Origin: Lytechinus pictus
Lineage: Eukaryota
NCBI RefSeq assembly: GCF_037042905.1
Contig: NC_087251.1
Span: 2,544,001-2,608,000, forward strand
Length of the DNA: 64,000 nt
Direction of reading: 5' to 3'
The translations under genes and the position numbers were made by a program. The notes beneath the pieces are model-generated. The model was not told where the DNA came from. It was given only the letters and a program-made list of their open reading frames with translations, and searched no databases. Position 1 is the first letter of the stretch. Every line of letters begins with the position of its first letter. Below are positions 26,620-40,600 of the stretch, in pieces.

Positions 26620-27700
26620 TTTACTGCTTTCAATAATTTCTTTGATGTGTCTGTCCTGTTTTAAGTAAGTCTTCACCAAATAGCAGACTGCACATTTTAT
26701 GTCACAAATACTCCTAAAAGAGAGCTGTATAGCAACTGCTGTGTGAAATACCTTATGTGAGAAGGGTCCTTATCTTGAAACATTCAACATTTTGATCATA
26801 GACCATACAGGGAATAGAGTTGGTGTAAGCATCAAAAGCGAGTGCAATATATTTAAGTTTTTTATATGTAGTTAACAGACCCATGACACTTATTTGACAT
26901 ATCCACACAGTCTAAAACTCCTTAGTAAATTTTTAGTCAACACGTGGCCTGCTCCTGATCTACTCCAGGTCACAGTGTCCATCTGTTCCTTGCTCTTGTA
27001 AGAGTAAAATGTTTACAGAACAACTTAAAGAGCTTTCCTGGTAGTTACCCATCTCTCTCTCCACTCACTTCCTTTAATCTTCTTTGAGGGTTTATCAAGT
27101 AAATGATAGTGCCCTATGCTATTGGCCTACCATCATACTATGTATATTGACCAAACCCCCTGGTCTTGAAGCATGTTGTCAGGAGAAGCGTAGTAAGACT
27201 GCATGCTATTTTACATGCTATGCTCTTATTTATTAACTGTTAGTGTGCCATTGCTCTTAGTACTGTTGTTTTGAGGCATCTTTGAAGTAAAATTTCGAAT
27301 TTGATGTTTATAATTAATATGAGTGAAGCAGAAATCAGCCATCGTTCAAAATCCTGTCTCTTCCAGGCCCAAAATCATGCAGGACAATTTATTTTTTTAC
27401 AAGTAGTAAAGTGGATCTCTTTTGGAAGACATGACCCTTTTCTTAAGCTTCTCCAGAGACATGTGCATGATTTGGATCTTGTTTGTCATTCATTGTACTT
27501 GGTCTGGGCTTCGTATTTGTGACTGTGGAGGTTTATTATGAGATCCATTGTGTCTGGTCTTGAGGGGTTCTGGCTGTTACCCTAGACTGACCACAAACAA
27601 CCTTAAAGAATAGATGGGGCGTGATCTTACCCCCTTCCCAACCAATACACAGGTACTTGAACTAATTTGTATAAGAGGTGGAGGTCTGAAACGGGGTACA
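25920..27700 (-). pseudogene. Heavily decayed tyrosine-recombinase coding relic (Crypton-like or other YR element) followed by a Cys/His-rich segment
   Basis: Minus-strand motifs in expected order across frameshifts: IYSLRLF (~27600), LTTLLLT/[N]ASRPGGLVN (~27146-27195), FKIRTL/SHKVFHT (~26740-26780), YLVKTYLKQDR (~26650-26683), SATTLRNT (~26447-26470), DMT/TSAERQY (~26379-26410), then CPQKFNTHRWLH..RCLEC..SCEKC. Interrupted by (CT)n. Confidence 0.55.
26561..26617. repeat. (CT)n microsatellite; similar tracts at ~20709-20739, ~23488-23517 and ~62684-62700
   Basis: Directly visible. Confidence 0.98.
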
Positions 27701-28271
27701 AACAGTTGGTGATCATTTATGAAGAGGGAACAAAATCTGATTAATCAAACCACAATCTTTCTAGTTTGGCTGTCCATCAATGTTCCATTTCGATCTAGAG
27801 GAAAACCATGGAGAAACTACCAAATAAAGAAGTAAATAATTCTTATTCCATGGTAGTACAATGTGGTGTCAAAGGGGGTAAAATACTTAAGAGATTTTAA
27901 CTGTATTGTTTATTTTAAGTACCTGTCAGGAATGTTGAAGTTGGTGTAAAATCCTCTTCATCTTTTCATCTACACTTAGTGCAAACTGATAATCACATAT
28001 TCAATCCTCATTCCTAGAAAATTGGATTGTTAATCTCTTCATCACTATTCATAGACTATAGTTCATTTCATGCAGTGTATTGATTGATATGAGCCTTGAT
28101 GGTAATGTCTTATGAACCTTGAATGTGTATTTTAAGCTATGCCACATCTAAACCAGATCTGAAGTTATTCACTAGAGCTGTTTGGTACATTCCTGTTCAT
28201 CTCTATTTAAAGGCTACCTGTTTCTCTCACTTCCATCCTTACACACCAAGTTTGGTGCATGGCACACTTCA

Positions 28272-28345
28272 TAAATAATAATAACTTAAACTTATATAGC
28301 GCTTTTCATGAAATCATATCAAAGTGCTTTACATTGTAGAACATA
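28272..28345 (-). mobile_element. L2-type LINE/SINE 3' tail
   Basis: Minus strand TGTAAAGCACTTTG..AAAAGCGCTATATAAG..(TTA)n matches the L2 terminal stem-loop plus short-repeat tail pattern. Confidence 0.6.
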
Positions 28346-29066
28346 CAAAATATACAAACAAAAGTGAAATTAGAAATCATATAACTAAGAGAGAAAAAAA
28401 AAACATATCAGAGGCCCCATAACTTAAGTATTTAGTAAAAAAATAAATCAAGTGGTGTTTTGGGCTGTCTAAAGGGGTTCTTTTCTAGCTTGCCTGGATT
28501 TTGCAAATATGTTAATAATATAGGTATTGGGTCAAGGCTAAGGATAAAGCAAGTACAATCTGCATGCATGGTGCTAAAGCAAAGACCATCATGATTTTTT
28601 TAGGTCACCCCTAGCTGATGGATTTAGGAGAGGGTTAATTATAAAAGCTCTCCTGTAATTGCTTCCTTTGTTATATGCATTTAAGAGGATCTTTAGAAAG
28701 TCTTGTTGAAGATTGATTATCCACCAACAAAAGAAGAAGTTAGTTGGCTTAGAAGACATGAGATAGGTAATCAGGGTTTGAGATTTAAGAAAAGACATGG
28801 AAATAAAGATTTAATTTTTTGAATAGTTTCCTTTTCCCTGTAGATGTAGCCTGTTTTCTCTCTTGATTCTATTCAATGTAATTTTCTAAGGATGTATTCA
28901 GATGATTTTTTTTGTGAGAATTACAAACATGAATCACTAATCTAATTTGCAACATAGAATACTACCATTGTCTAGAGAGCATTCAAGCAATGTTCTGTGT
29001 CCACTGCATCATCCTCATTCCAAGACATTACATACAGTTTGACGAGGGTTTGACGAGGGTATTAAC

Positions 29067-29625
29067 CAGGGGGGGGGGGAGTCAAATGTATTGCTGTACA
29101 CATGCATGACCAAATTTTTTCAAAACACCCCTAAAAACAAATTTTTCTCTGTGTGCAAAATAACACCCTAAACAAGTTTTTCACGGACTTCATTTTTGGC
29201 CTCTAAACAAATTGTCACCAGAATATCACCCCTAAACAAGTTTCGCCTACTTGCTTAAATAGACAAAACTATATTTGTGGGTATTGCATGCCCCCAGTGC
29301 AGTTATAGGATTTAAAATACCACAAAGGAATACAATGTTAACACTGAAATAAGTGTCATCTAAAATTCATCAGGTAATATTTTAAAAAGCCCCGGGGGGA
29401 AAAAACATACCCTAAACATGTTTGGCTAGTCTTAAAAAAAAGCTTTGAAAAAAATACCCTAAATATGTTCGACCCCGCGATTGACCATTGACCAGTCTTT
29501 CAAAACCACCTTTTTTTTAAATCTGTGTTTTTGATACTCATAACGAGTGCATGTGCAGCCAGACAATCACGTTTTTATGGTCACGTATGTGTACAGCAAT
29601 ATATTTGACTGCCCCCCCCCCTCCA
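29067..29625 (+). mobile_element. MITE with poly-G/poly-C TIRs and 8-bp TSD (hAT-like)
   Basis: CAG(G)n-AGTCAAATGTATTGCTGTACACAT / ATGTGTACAGCAATATATTTGACTG(C)n; GTATTAAC duplicated at 29059-66 and 29626-33; inverted sister copy at 56825-57315. Confidence 0.9.
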
Positions 29626-31289
29626 GTATTAACATGAATGTTTATGAGCATGAATGCAAACCACACTATATTGCCATCATAAAATCATGATTGCATTCAA
29701 TCTATTTTTAGCTGCCACAGAGCTGCTGAATCACATTGCAACACACCATTTTTAGTTTTGCCTACTTTCATTTTGGAAAAAAAAATTGATTAATAATTAT
29801 TTTAAGGCAATCCTGTGTAAACTACTTGTACATGTCTTTCTTTGTCTGTGGACTTTTTTATTTCAGTCACAGATTGGTTGATGTGAAAGAAGGGCTTTAT
29901 ACTTTATGTGATTCTTCTCAGGTATTTTTGCACAGCATGCTTCCATTCAAGAGCTTTATAAAGTTTTGATTCACCAGTACATATAAGAGGCATGCTTCCG
30001 TATGAATAACAATCTCATCACTGCATTTAACAATAATGCATGCTTTTGTATGCTCTTAATTCAGATAATTTGAATGACACCCTAAAAACACAACTATCAT
30101 TTACACAGTTTCGGTTATTAATTTGGTTGAGTTGTGTATAAGAAGAATCATTTGTACTTTGAACCTGGAAGTAATTTTGATTAGATGTAATTAGAGCATA
30201 TTAGCATGGTCTGTTAGAAAGCATTTCAGCCAACACAGAGCATTGGTCAAACTTTGCTTACTTTCAAATACAAAATAAATATATGGGGGTTTGTGTGTTA
30301 TCAATTTCTAATTTCAGGCTTAGATTAGTTTGATGACATCATTGAATTGGAAAATTAGTGGAATATTTTTATAAAGATGACACTTCAATTGTTTGTAAGG
30401 TAGATTTTAAAAACATGAACACCAAAAATGTCAAATAGGTACAGTGAGGATTATGAATTGAAGTGTCCATTGTGACCAATAAATTGGAAGCTTAAACCGG
30501 GGTAATAGTATGCAGCACTTGGAAACACCTTTTAGAAAGCTTTAATTTTGAATGTTATAATTATTAGTATTATTGTTATTATTATCAACATCACTATGTC
30601 GTGATGTGTGGGGTATTTTGAATTTGAATTTTGAATTTTCCTTTTCAGTAGAGATTTTTTCTTCTCAAATCCCAACCTGTTTATTTTTCATGAGCTGAAT
30701 ACCCTCCCCCTTTTGAAGTTTTGGACTTGAATAAAGTGTTGTACAATGTTTGTAACATGATCATCCAATTTATTCTGAACTTTATCCTCATCCTGATCAC
30801 ATGACCAGAACAAATTTGATTATGGCGGATTCTAGTTCAAGAGTTCATCTTCAATCAAGGTACAACTCTATATAATTGATATATCTAATCTGAGCGATTT
30901 ATGGACGGCTACAAATTTGGGGTTGTCATAAAATTTGATATTTGGCAGCTACTACGGCGTCATTGTTCTTTATATTCAAGTTTATTTTCACTGCATGGTA
31001 GACTATAAATCTTCCATTTTACTTCTTCTGAATCTCTACTTTTTTAACTTTGAAGTTTTTTGGGGGGCTTCAAAATCTACAGTTTCATCTGCTTGCGTCA
31101 TTGTATTTTTGAGAGGTTGTTCTGATTTATAAGATGTCAAGAATGATGTCTTCACCTTCTGCAATTTATGTATAGATTATAGTTCCTTACTTCAATGATG
31201 ACATCATTTAGATGAACAAATCTGAGCCTCACAGGTGTTTTTGGTTACCAATTGCAGTTTACATACTTTCATATTATATGTGGTGCACA

Positions 31290-31613
31290 CAGTGTGCGAC
31301 ATATTAACCTAAATTGCATAATTTGTGAAATCCAAATACATGTTTGATTAAAAGAATGCATGACAATGTGCAACATTTAACTCTACAAAACATATGAGAC
31401 TGCACATGTAAATCCATGTATGTGTGCATACTACATTTTTTTATGCATGAAACAGAATAAAGTAATAAATGGAACTGACTTGAAAATACAGGAAAAAAGA
31501 TAATGTTTCTGAAAGTTTTATTCATTTTTCGCAGAATTTAATATGATAGACCTTTAATGCATTGTTTAAAAAAGAGATGTTTTGAAACTAGCAATTACTT
31601 GTCTGAAACACTG
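31290..31613. mobile_element. Possible old TA-type (Tc1/mariner-like) MITE
   Basis: GGTGCACACAGTGT (31282-95) and ACACTGTATGCACC (31608-21) are inverted repeats (13/14). Confidence 0.4.
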
Positions 31614-33097
31614 TATGCACCTTGAGAAATCAATTATTTTAAAAAGGAAATTACGAAGTGCAAGCCAAATCTAGCAGGAAATTACGGCATCAGTTAGTTG
31701 AATGCTTTCAAAGACCTAATATTCAAAGTTGACATAAATCTACAAATTATTTGCATTTTTGCCTGTTTCAATAGAGCTTTTGAATAAAAAATTACTAATA
31801 TCATCAATATTAAGTGATTGATTATGTCATATCTGAATATGATTTGATTACATGACAAACATACACAATGGGTGTAGGAGACAGCAGAGTTGATATTACT
31901 CACTTCAATTGAAACAAAAACTTTGAAAGAAAGCTTGATAAACAATACCAAATCAAAACCACTTCAACAACCACAGGACTTGATTCATTGACACTGGGGA
32001 AAAAACCTTTATGAACAGATTTTTGAAATATTCATTTTTTTTAATGAAAATTAGATAGAGAAATTTTAGATAAGAATACATGGAATCAATTCAGAAACAT
32101 TGTATTGATGCAGCATGCATGCATGCAATCCATTTGGTCTTTATAATAAGAAGTGATAAGTCTTGTTATAATTTCTCATTATTTTTATAGCCAGCTACTA
32201 ATCAATGATAACATCATAATCATGATTTTATTTTCTTTTGTCCGCTCTTTTCAGTACACATCTGAGACCACAGCATTTCAGAATCTCCCAAAGTTGAAAA
32301 AAAGGCCACTAATTAAGTAGTTCACACAAAAATCCATGCCAATCGCTTAATTTGTTAGAACAAAAATAGCCCATATAAAATACCTCTCATAAACATTCCT
32401 CCCCCTTTTTAATTGTTGTATAATTTGACAAACTGTCAATGAAAAACTGTAAAAATTACCCCTTTGTGACAAGTTGCACCTATCTTTAACTCCAGTTAGA
32501 TGTTACATTCTCGCATTTTAGGGAATTATTCAGCTGGTCTAAACAGGGTGACTATGTTAAATGGTGCTTAAGTTTACTGAAGGAAGAGAGAACGTAATTA
32601 CACATGGTTTCTATACGTAATAAACGGAATCCATCTTGTTGTATTCACTCAAATGCCTTCCATGTTACGTTCATCATCTAACATTGTCTAATAAAGCGGA
32701 GCGGGTTATAAGGAGTCAGGAAGCTCGCATCATTAAAAAAACCAGGAAATAATAACTCAGTATATATTTATACAGCTGCAGTAATATGTAGCCTTATCAT
32801 GCAATGTTAACTTATTCTTAAGTATTATTTAGGAAGGGGTGTGGTTAGGTACAGGGGAATATAATTTTTTTTTTTGGGGGGGTATAAGCTGCTTCTATAG
32901 GGCACATATTTTGGGGGGAGGCCTTTTTGTTTGTAGAAGTAGGTCCTTTATGTCAGTTTCCAGCGAGCTAACCATTTGTAACCAACTTCCTAATTGGTCC
33001 ATGAGATTCAAATGATTTGATTTCTATTGTATACCTGATTTCTAGACTTCTTGGATCATCATTTAACATGCTTGGTTTAGGAAACTCGTCATATCTG

Positions 33098-33227
33098 GGG
33101 TCTGTAGCACAAACCTTAGCAATGATCACAGAATATATTTTCTATGATTGACTGCATTGACTACAACATACAATCAATCAAGAAAATCAAGGGTAAAATA
33201 ATTGCTAACCTTTTGTGTTAAAGGACA
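33098..33227. mobile_element. Decayed ~130-bp MITE
   Basis: GGGTCTGTAGCACAAACCTTAGCAAT / ATTGCTAACCTTTTGTGTTAAAGGAC TIR-like ends, CTG on both flanks; relatives at 24189 and ~33995-34070. Confidence 0.65.
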
Positions 33228-34740
33228 CTGGGAGGTTTTTATGCTGTTAAAGTGAGCATCATTTAAGTTTTATACTGTGTATGATACCATTTCCTATTAA
33301 CAAGTTGCTTGATAAAAACACCTTTACTAATCAGGAATTGTGACATCCAGCATGTTGACCCCAGATGAGACTGTTATTTTGATCAACTTTTTTCCCACAA
33401 GTCTGATCTTTTATGCACTTGATTGTTGATGCATGGTGCAGAGAAGGCTTTGAAGTTCTATTTAAAACAACCCAACCAATAAATGCATTCCACTTGTGTC
33501 AACTTGAATCCAGACTATGTCTTTTAATAGAAAACATTTCTTCCTATTATTACTATATTGTAAAGAGAAATATCATCCTCCACAAAATACCAAACCCCAA
33601 TTTGATGAGCTCTACTGATTCTCAATGAGATCACGTTCATGTATTGATGGGGTTTACTTGTTATGTATCATCCTACTATTATCATAACATCATTACCCAT
33701 ATTGAAATCAACCCAAATCTTCTGATAAAACTAGAGCAAAGACTTTACTTTGATTCATGAAGCCTCTTACCTTCATAATCTCCATTGGTATTTTCTTGCT
33801 CTTGTGAACGAAAAAAAAAATGTAATGATGTCAAAATATGATATTATTTCCCCTGATTCCAAACTACATAAATGCTTAGATATACATCATTTCACATATT
33901 TGATAATCACTTTGAAAACATTTTAGATTTGAATATATACTGGTAAATCTGCATGAGTCTACCTTCTATTTGCCTAAGTTGAAGTAGTTTTTAGGCCAGG
34001 ATCCTGTTGAAGCTTAGCAATTAGGGCCTCATCAGCCCCTTTATCAATAGCTTAGCTTTATGTTACAGGGCATATAGTCTATGAAAGACATAATGTGCTA
34101 TTCACCTTCTATAACTCAAACTTCTCTTGAGTTGAAGAGATACTAGTGTTCCTAAGAGATGTGACTTAGTCAGAGTTACCTCTATGCTCAGTATGTCTTG
34201 AAAAGGTGATTGAATTTTGTTTTAACTTGCCCAGACACATTGAGGGTATATGTGCATCACATTTGATTTTACTTGGATTTTGCAGTCACAAAGAACTCTG
34301 ATAAAGGCTATAGAAGATAGCCTGACATAGCAGCATTTTAAAGCAAAAGAAGAAAAACAAGAAGAAAAGCATATTATGAATAAGCCGATATATGCATTCT
34401 TGTTTTCAGTGTACATATTGTTCCAGATATCATGTTCACACAATACAAAACTTTCTTGTAACTATAATTTACTTGTTCTGTTTCAGCTCATGGGGACAGA
34501 CTCTATGAATTATTTGATCCCTACTCTTTGTCCTGTAACAATAAGGAACAGCTCGCAAAATATATGCCACATATACGTGAATTCCTCCTGTGCGGATAGG
34601 CCTAAATTCTTTTTTTCTAAATTCTTTTCTAGCTTACAGTTGACCTGTCTGTTCAAAAGTAATTTTGTGTTCACAAAGATGATCTTTCAGATCATACTAA
34701 TATAACAGTCATCTTCCTGCATGTAGTTACCTGTATGAAT

Positions 34741-35530
34741 GGCTGCGTTTATGCGACCTCAAGCCAGAATCATGATTTGAATCATGATTCAAAACACAAA
34801 CATGAATCACAATACCACAGAATCAGCATTCAGACGACCTTCATTTTAAAGCTGTTTTTCCTCGGATTCGGACCGATCCAGTGCGCATCACAGTGCGCAG
34901 TTTGACAGAGGAAGTTAGGTCAACTTTTTCCGCACATGTTTTAGCTCTCAAAAAAATCAATCCTGTACCTTCCGAATTCAGTCTATTATACCACAATTTG
35001 TTTAATTTATTCTTCTTGTCGGTTTATCGAAAATTGTGTTCGGATGTAAATTTTAGCGTAGATCCAATTTCATATTGACACTTGCTAACTCAACAACAAT
35101 TGATATCATTGTCTGTTCAGTTATATAGTTCATTTACTAGTTCACTTGAAGTTGAAGACATGACCAAAAAAAAGATGAAAAGAAGTGGACGATGCGGTGC
35201 CCAGCACAGAATGCATGCATATCATATTATGTATAAATACACTGAGAATAGCATGTCTTGAGCTTGGCAAGAGTCAAACCTAAAGTAACCCGACACAATG
35301 ACGTCATAGAATCATGATTGTAATCACGATATCGTTTATTCGAACATTTTTGTACGTGATTCTGCAGAAACGTCTTTCCAAATGCCCCTTTTTTCGTGTT
35401 TCATGTTTGTGATTCTAATCATGATTATATTTAATTTCGACTAAACGCAATCGTGATTCTGCAGAATCATGATTGGAATCATGATTCAGATCATGATTCT
35501 AGGGTAAAAAAGTGGCAGATAAACGCACCC
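34741..35530. mobile_element. PIF/Harbinger-type MITE with AATCATGATT subterminal repeats
   Basis: GGCTGCGTTTAT / ATAAACGCACCC TIRs, AAT TSD (34738-40, 35531-33); partial decayed copy at ~51315-51410. Confidence 0.9.
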
Positions 35531-36059
35531 AATGTTCATCAATGATAGTCATGATTGTGGTAAAACTTATAGTTTAAACAAATGCAAGTTTCAAACTCAT
35601 CTAGAGATTCCATTGCATTTTGATTGTCCGAAATGTTATGTGCTGTGTTTGGTCTTCTGAATTATAAATATTTTGTATTAATATCTCATATAGGCACCTG
35701 AAAAATCTTCTGCATCAAATTTGTCAGCTTTATATCAAAATATATTCGTAAACAGGTCTGTTATCAATAAAGAATTAGCGTTTAGATATAATGGTCATGA
35801 ACCAAATATTGCCTTTTATAACGTTCATAAAACTAGTCAAGGACCCCATAACTGCCCCCATAAAGTTCTTATAAAATATTTTTATTGTACTTTTTAATAA
35901 TGATTGTCAGCAATTCAAATTGTGGTATCTGCATTTTTATTTTAGTTCAACTGGAGTCTGCTCTGCAAAAGTTATAAACAAGACCTCATTCTCATTTATA
36001 TTCTTAAATCAATTTGATGTGTAATGGGAATGGTGAAAGCGGTCTTTGAAGTGATCTTA

Positions 36060-36499
36060 CACACCATTCTCATTACACTTTCTAAAACTAGTTTACTGGA
36101 AACCGGTTCAGGAAACCAGTTTGGAAGATTGCTTTGCTAGCGTTCCCATTTGATCACACGAAAGTGGTTTTCAAGATCACTTGACGTAGTGCGATCTTGT
36201 TGCTATGGACACGCTCTCAGTGGGGTGACATGTTTCGCTCAAAATTCGAAATCGCAGCGTGGGCATTCTACACCTGTTGTGTGGAGTAGCATGCTCAAAA
36301 TATGCGAAGATCGCTTCCTAAAGAACGGTTGTGTCCTCACTTTAAGCGATCTTGAAAACTACATCGCGCGGTGATTTTCTGAACCGGTTTGGAAGATTGC
36401 TTCCAAGATTGCTTCAACCGTTCTTATTACATGTTAAACTAGTTTCCAATAAACTGGTTTCCACTAAACTAGTTTGAGGAAGGTAGTGAGAACGGTGTC
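36060..36499. mobile_element. MITE with AAACTAGTTT/AAACCGGTT subrepeats, adjoining an older related copy (~36500-36912)
   Basis: ACACCATTCTCATTAC / GTAGTGAGAACGGTGT TIRs; a degenerate inverted terminus AGAAAGTATATGAGAATAGGGTC at ~36889-36911. Confidence 0.75.
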
Positions 36500-37146
36500 A
36501 AAATTGGTATTCCAGAACAGTTTGGAAATCGATCTCACAAAATGGTTTTTAAGATTGCTCTGCCTGATTAAACTGGTTTAAGTAAACGTAAGGACTCAAC
36601 CTGGCTTTGGAAAGCGATCTTCACTCCCAAGTTGTATAGTGTGTTTGGCACGCTATTAGTACACCCTATGTTATTCTACAGCTCTGTGCAAAGTCTCATT
36701 TTGTAATGTCTTGGGTTGAGTTGGCATGATTATACTGTTAATTTCATGCATTTGACCCCTCTGAGAGCATTCCTATATCAACATAGGCCTAATTGCTCTT
36801 AATTGATTTTGAAAACTGGTTCAGGAGATTGTAATGAGAACAATCACAAAGTTATCTTCTAATGTGGTTTCCTGAACTAAACCAGATCAGAAAGTATATG
36901 AGAATAGGGTCCAAGTTTGTAGTTTGCAAAGTCCTCTATATACTTTGACCAGCTTTACATCATAGATATAGCACAATGAATATACATGTATTTCTCTCTT
37001 TCATTGGGGGGTAATTTAAATGTATGAAATATTTTATGAATATATACAGTACATATTTGTCATCTTTTATAAACTTGATTTCTTTTGTAAACATTTATTT
37101 GTGTGTAGCAATATTGAATGACAAATTTCCCATACAGGAATTCAAT

Positions 37147-37690
37147 TAATTCATAACATACAAATAGCGAATAGGCATAAGTGCGATGGTGGGAGATTTC
37201 GCAGAAGGTGAAACAAATATGCTCTATTCAACTCGGCTAACGCCTCATTGAATAGAGTGTTTATTTCTTTCACCGAATGCGAAGTGTTGCACCATTGCAC
37301 GAATAAGAATATTTGCTATTTGTGTTGTACAAAAACTCGGAAGTTAGCGAAAATACAAACAGTAATCAAGTTTTTCCTTTGTTAATCTATGAAAATAAGA
37401 GAGAAATTTTTGAAAGTGAAAGTAAAGTCCCTCAAACGCGCATCTTATCTGCAATAACAATGCGCATTTAGCCAGTTAACCCAGCGCGTCTGCAATTACA
37501 AAGCGCATGCAATGGGTTGAATCTTTATTTTTTATTGTGACATCACCTTTTCTTGACCCGTGCAACGGTACATTATGGACGGTAAATTTTGGATGGTATG
37601 TCGTGTGCAACGGTACAAATATTTGACATTCAGCCACCCATTTGCTAGCGTACAACAAGCTAAGTAGGCATTGTACAACAACTAATTCAT
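37147..37690. mobile_element. Non-autonomous element with a long 5' hairpin, bounded by short direct repeats (possibly YR/Crypton-type)
   Basis: ACAAATAGCGAATA..GGTGAAA..CTCTATTCAA-loop-TTGAATAGAG..TTTCACC..TATTTGCTATTTGT fold-back (37160-37324); TAATTCAT at 37147-54 and 37683-90; CpG-richer than flanks. Confidence 0.55.
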
Positions 37691-40353
37691 TATAATATAA
37701 TGAAAACCTATCCCTTAAATGCTAAATTGAAGAATGAGATTAGTGCGATATAAATTGTCATTTGTGTGAACATACTGATTTCATGGGGTCATTTTTCTAC
37801 ATTGTGTATATTGAAAGCAGCTTTACTGATAACAAAATTAAAGACACATTGTGACATTGATAGTTTATCCAAATGAAGACAAAATATGCATATGTATAGC
37901 TTTATATATTCTATTACACAAAGTGAATGAAAGCTTTGGATAAGTCAGAGCAGAGATTTTGCATATTTTATCTCACCAGCATGGAAATTAAAATGTTTGT
38001 TATTAGGCCTGTATTAGGCATCGTTTTCAAGTATTAACTCAGATTTCAATGCTTTCCATAGATATTACAATATAAGGCATTTAGATTTGCATTTTTTAGA
38101 ACCACAAGTCAGATGTATTTGTGATTGTTTTCCTGTCATAGCAACATTAATTTAGAATTTCATTTTGTCTCACCACTCCATTTTGTTAAGGATTGATCAT
38201 GTATAAAATGTCATCTGCAATGTTTAATGCTACTGTCGGCAGTCAGTGAAAATTTTTATTTCAGAAATTGGAAAAATACAAGCATTGCTTTAAGAAATAT
38301 ATTCCTTTCTCATTTTTCCTGACTGTGGTTTCCTTTTAAACCATTTTGCTTTATAGAAGTGCAATTTTCTGTTTCAGCTGAGTTTCCTTTTTTACCAATT
38401 CTTCACATTGTTTTACAGTCTCATTTATACAGGTGCAATATGAAAAAAAAGGAGGAGCTCAGCTTGGCAAATTCATAGTTAAAATAAGTTATAGTGAAAC
38501 ACTATTTACTTTGGTTTCTTTTACTTTTTTCTCAGAAAGTCACTACATGTCAAACTCTGAGGAAATATAGGATAGTAAAAATTAAGTAGGTGTAGGGTTT
38601 GAATAGTTATAAAACTGAACGTCATTTAGTTTTCAACTTTTCATTCATATATTTCTTGTTATTATCTCATGTATCTGTTTACAAGACATAGCGTGGACTC
38701 TGGGAACTTTTGTTTTTAGTATTTTACTTCAGCAACATGTCTCAATAAAATTATTTATTTTGTTATGTTTGATTTGATGGAAAAACAGGATGATGATGGA
38801 TCATATACCAAACAATACGGTCAATACATCATATATTCTTTATTCAAGTGTCTTTAAAAGATCCGTCTCATTGGCCTCTCTTCTACAGTAACTCCATTGC
38901 AACCTCAATAACAACCTGTACCCCAAAGCAATTTATTTCAAAGGGGGGAAAAGAGAAAGAAACTTGTGACTGAGAGCTGAATTTGAATGAAATAAATCAT
39001 GAAAGCGGATTAAGCTTGTTTACTACTGGGTAGCGTCATATTTACTTATCTCTCATGCTACATTGATTTTAATGAGTCATGCACCTATTCATTCCTTCTA
39101 CAGACCCATTAATATGCTACTATCATACATATTTCATTTTTTATGATCAATCTGTCTTGGGATATTATTCAAGAAAAGAATGATTGCATTTTCATGGGTA
39201 TTCATTATAACTATGATGATAAAAAACAATATGTACCATTTCCCTGTTCAAGATGCTGAGAGTATTATGTATTATTTAATACTCACAAGCAGAATATTTA
39301 TGTTAATGTATACCATAGAATTGACTATAAAGATAAACAGTTGAACACACAGACAAACACAAACTAATAGGCCTACGTACACTCTTTATGATTATGAATA
39401 TTACTACATGCCCTTATGTTATCTTTTGAGTGCATTATCAGTTTACCCAAATGAGAGGTAATATACATATTATGCCCATTAACATAACAGTTTCAGTTTC
39501 GTTTTGAGTACAATTAGCATTTATTATGTTATGATGCTAAGTTATTGAATGTTGATTAGACCTGCTTGAAGAAGAGATTATATGGTCCATTTAATCAGAT
39601 CTCTAATTCAATTAATTTTCATTTCAGATTCTTCAAAGATTAGAGTACATAAAACAACAATGTAAAAAAAAGAGATAAAATCAATCAATGATGGGCTTAT
39701 GTTAAAGAGTAATGTTACTTGAAAGGCAATATGAAATCTCTACAAACACACATTATTGACATACAAAATCTGTTTTTAGTAAGAATTAGCAGCTTTCAAA
39801 CAGGAATTTGAAATTCTAATTATATCAACTAATTTTGAATTTATGAGTCTCGGGTGTTTCTCGTAACCTGTATTTAAAAAAGTGTGGAATGATTTATTTT
39901 GTAAAATTCATAGTTGCCCTTTGCTCAATGTTTACAGTTACATGTTTGAATCCTCAGAAACTAAAAATAACACCGTACTAAAAAAAAAGAAACCACAAGT
40001 GAATTGAGGCATGCATTTCAATGTACCATCAAAATTAGGCTTTAAACCAATCACGGGTGAATGACACGCTTTTCCCCATCAAATGCAATAAACCTTGAAG
40101 GCTATACAAACTACATTTTAACAGGTTTGAATATCTTGAGTTGTCCCTGTTTCTGCTTTACTAACAATATGTTAGTTGATAATAGAGATTAGAAACAGAA
40201 CTGATGTAAACTGCTTTTTCTGATAATCCACAATACAACAGTTATATGGCCAGTAGTTATATTCAACACAGTAATGACCTATGAATGATGATAACATTCT
40301 GCTTTTATAATGTGCTTGATGCATCAGAATGTCTCTGGACACATCACAGATGT

Positions 40354-40600
40354 ATTATTACCCCCAGGCACTGGATCCTTGTCTACCCACAATTTATTCA
40401 CTTTCTCCACTCCCTGAGAAGCATTCCAATACTTTTTCAACTCACTTGCTAGATATAGGCTTTTGCATCCTACCAGGTACCGATAGTACACCTTGGTAAA
40501 GAGATGTTGATAGACTCATTACCAAAAGACACTAGTGCCATAGTGTTATTTGAACTTGCAACCCCCTGATTGCTAGAAGGCAAGAATCAGAACCTGCATT
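40354..40600 (-). mobile_element. Old tRNA-derived SINE
   Basis: Minus strand has B-box-like GTTCAAAT, core CCAAGGTGTACTATCGGTACCTGGTAGG similar to the 62160 SINE, and a (TAA)n end. Confidence 0.55.

Noticed and set aside
31288..31294. CACAGTG heptamer as a Transib/ProtoRAG end
   Set aside because: No nonamer, no 5-bp TSD and no RAG-like coding sequence; the partner end reads CACTGTA, better explained as a TA-type MITE.
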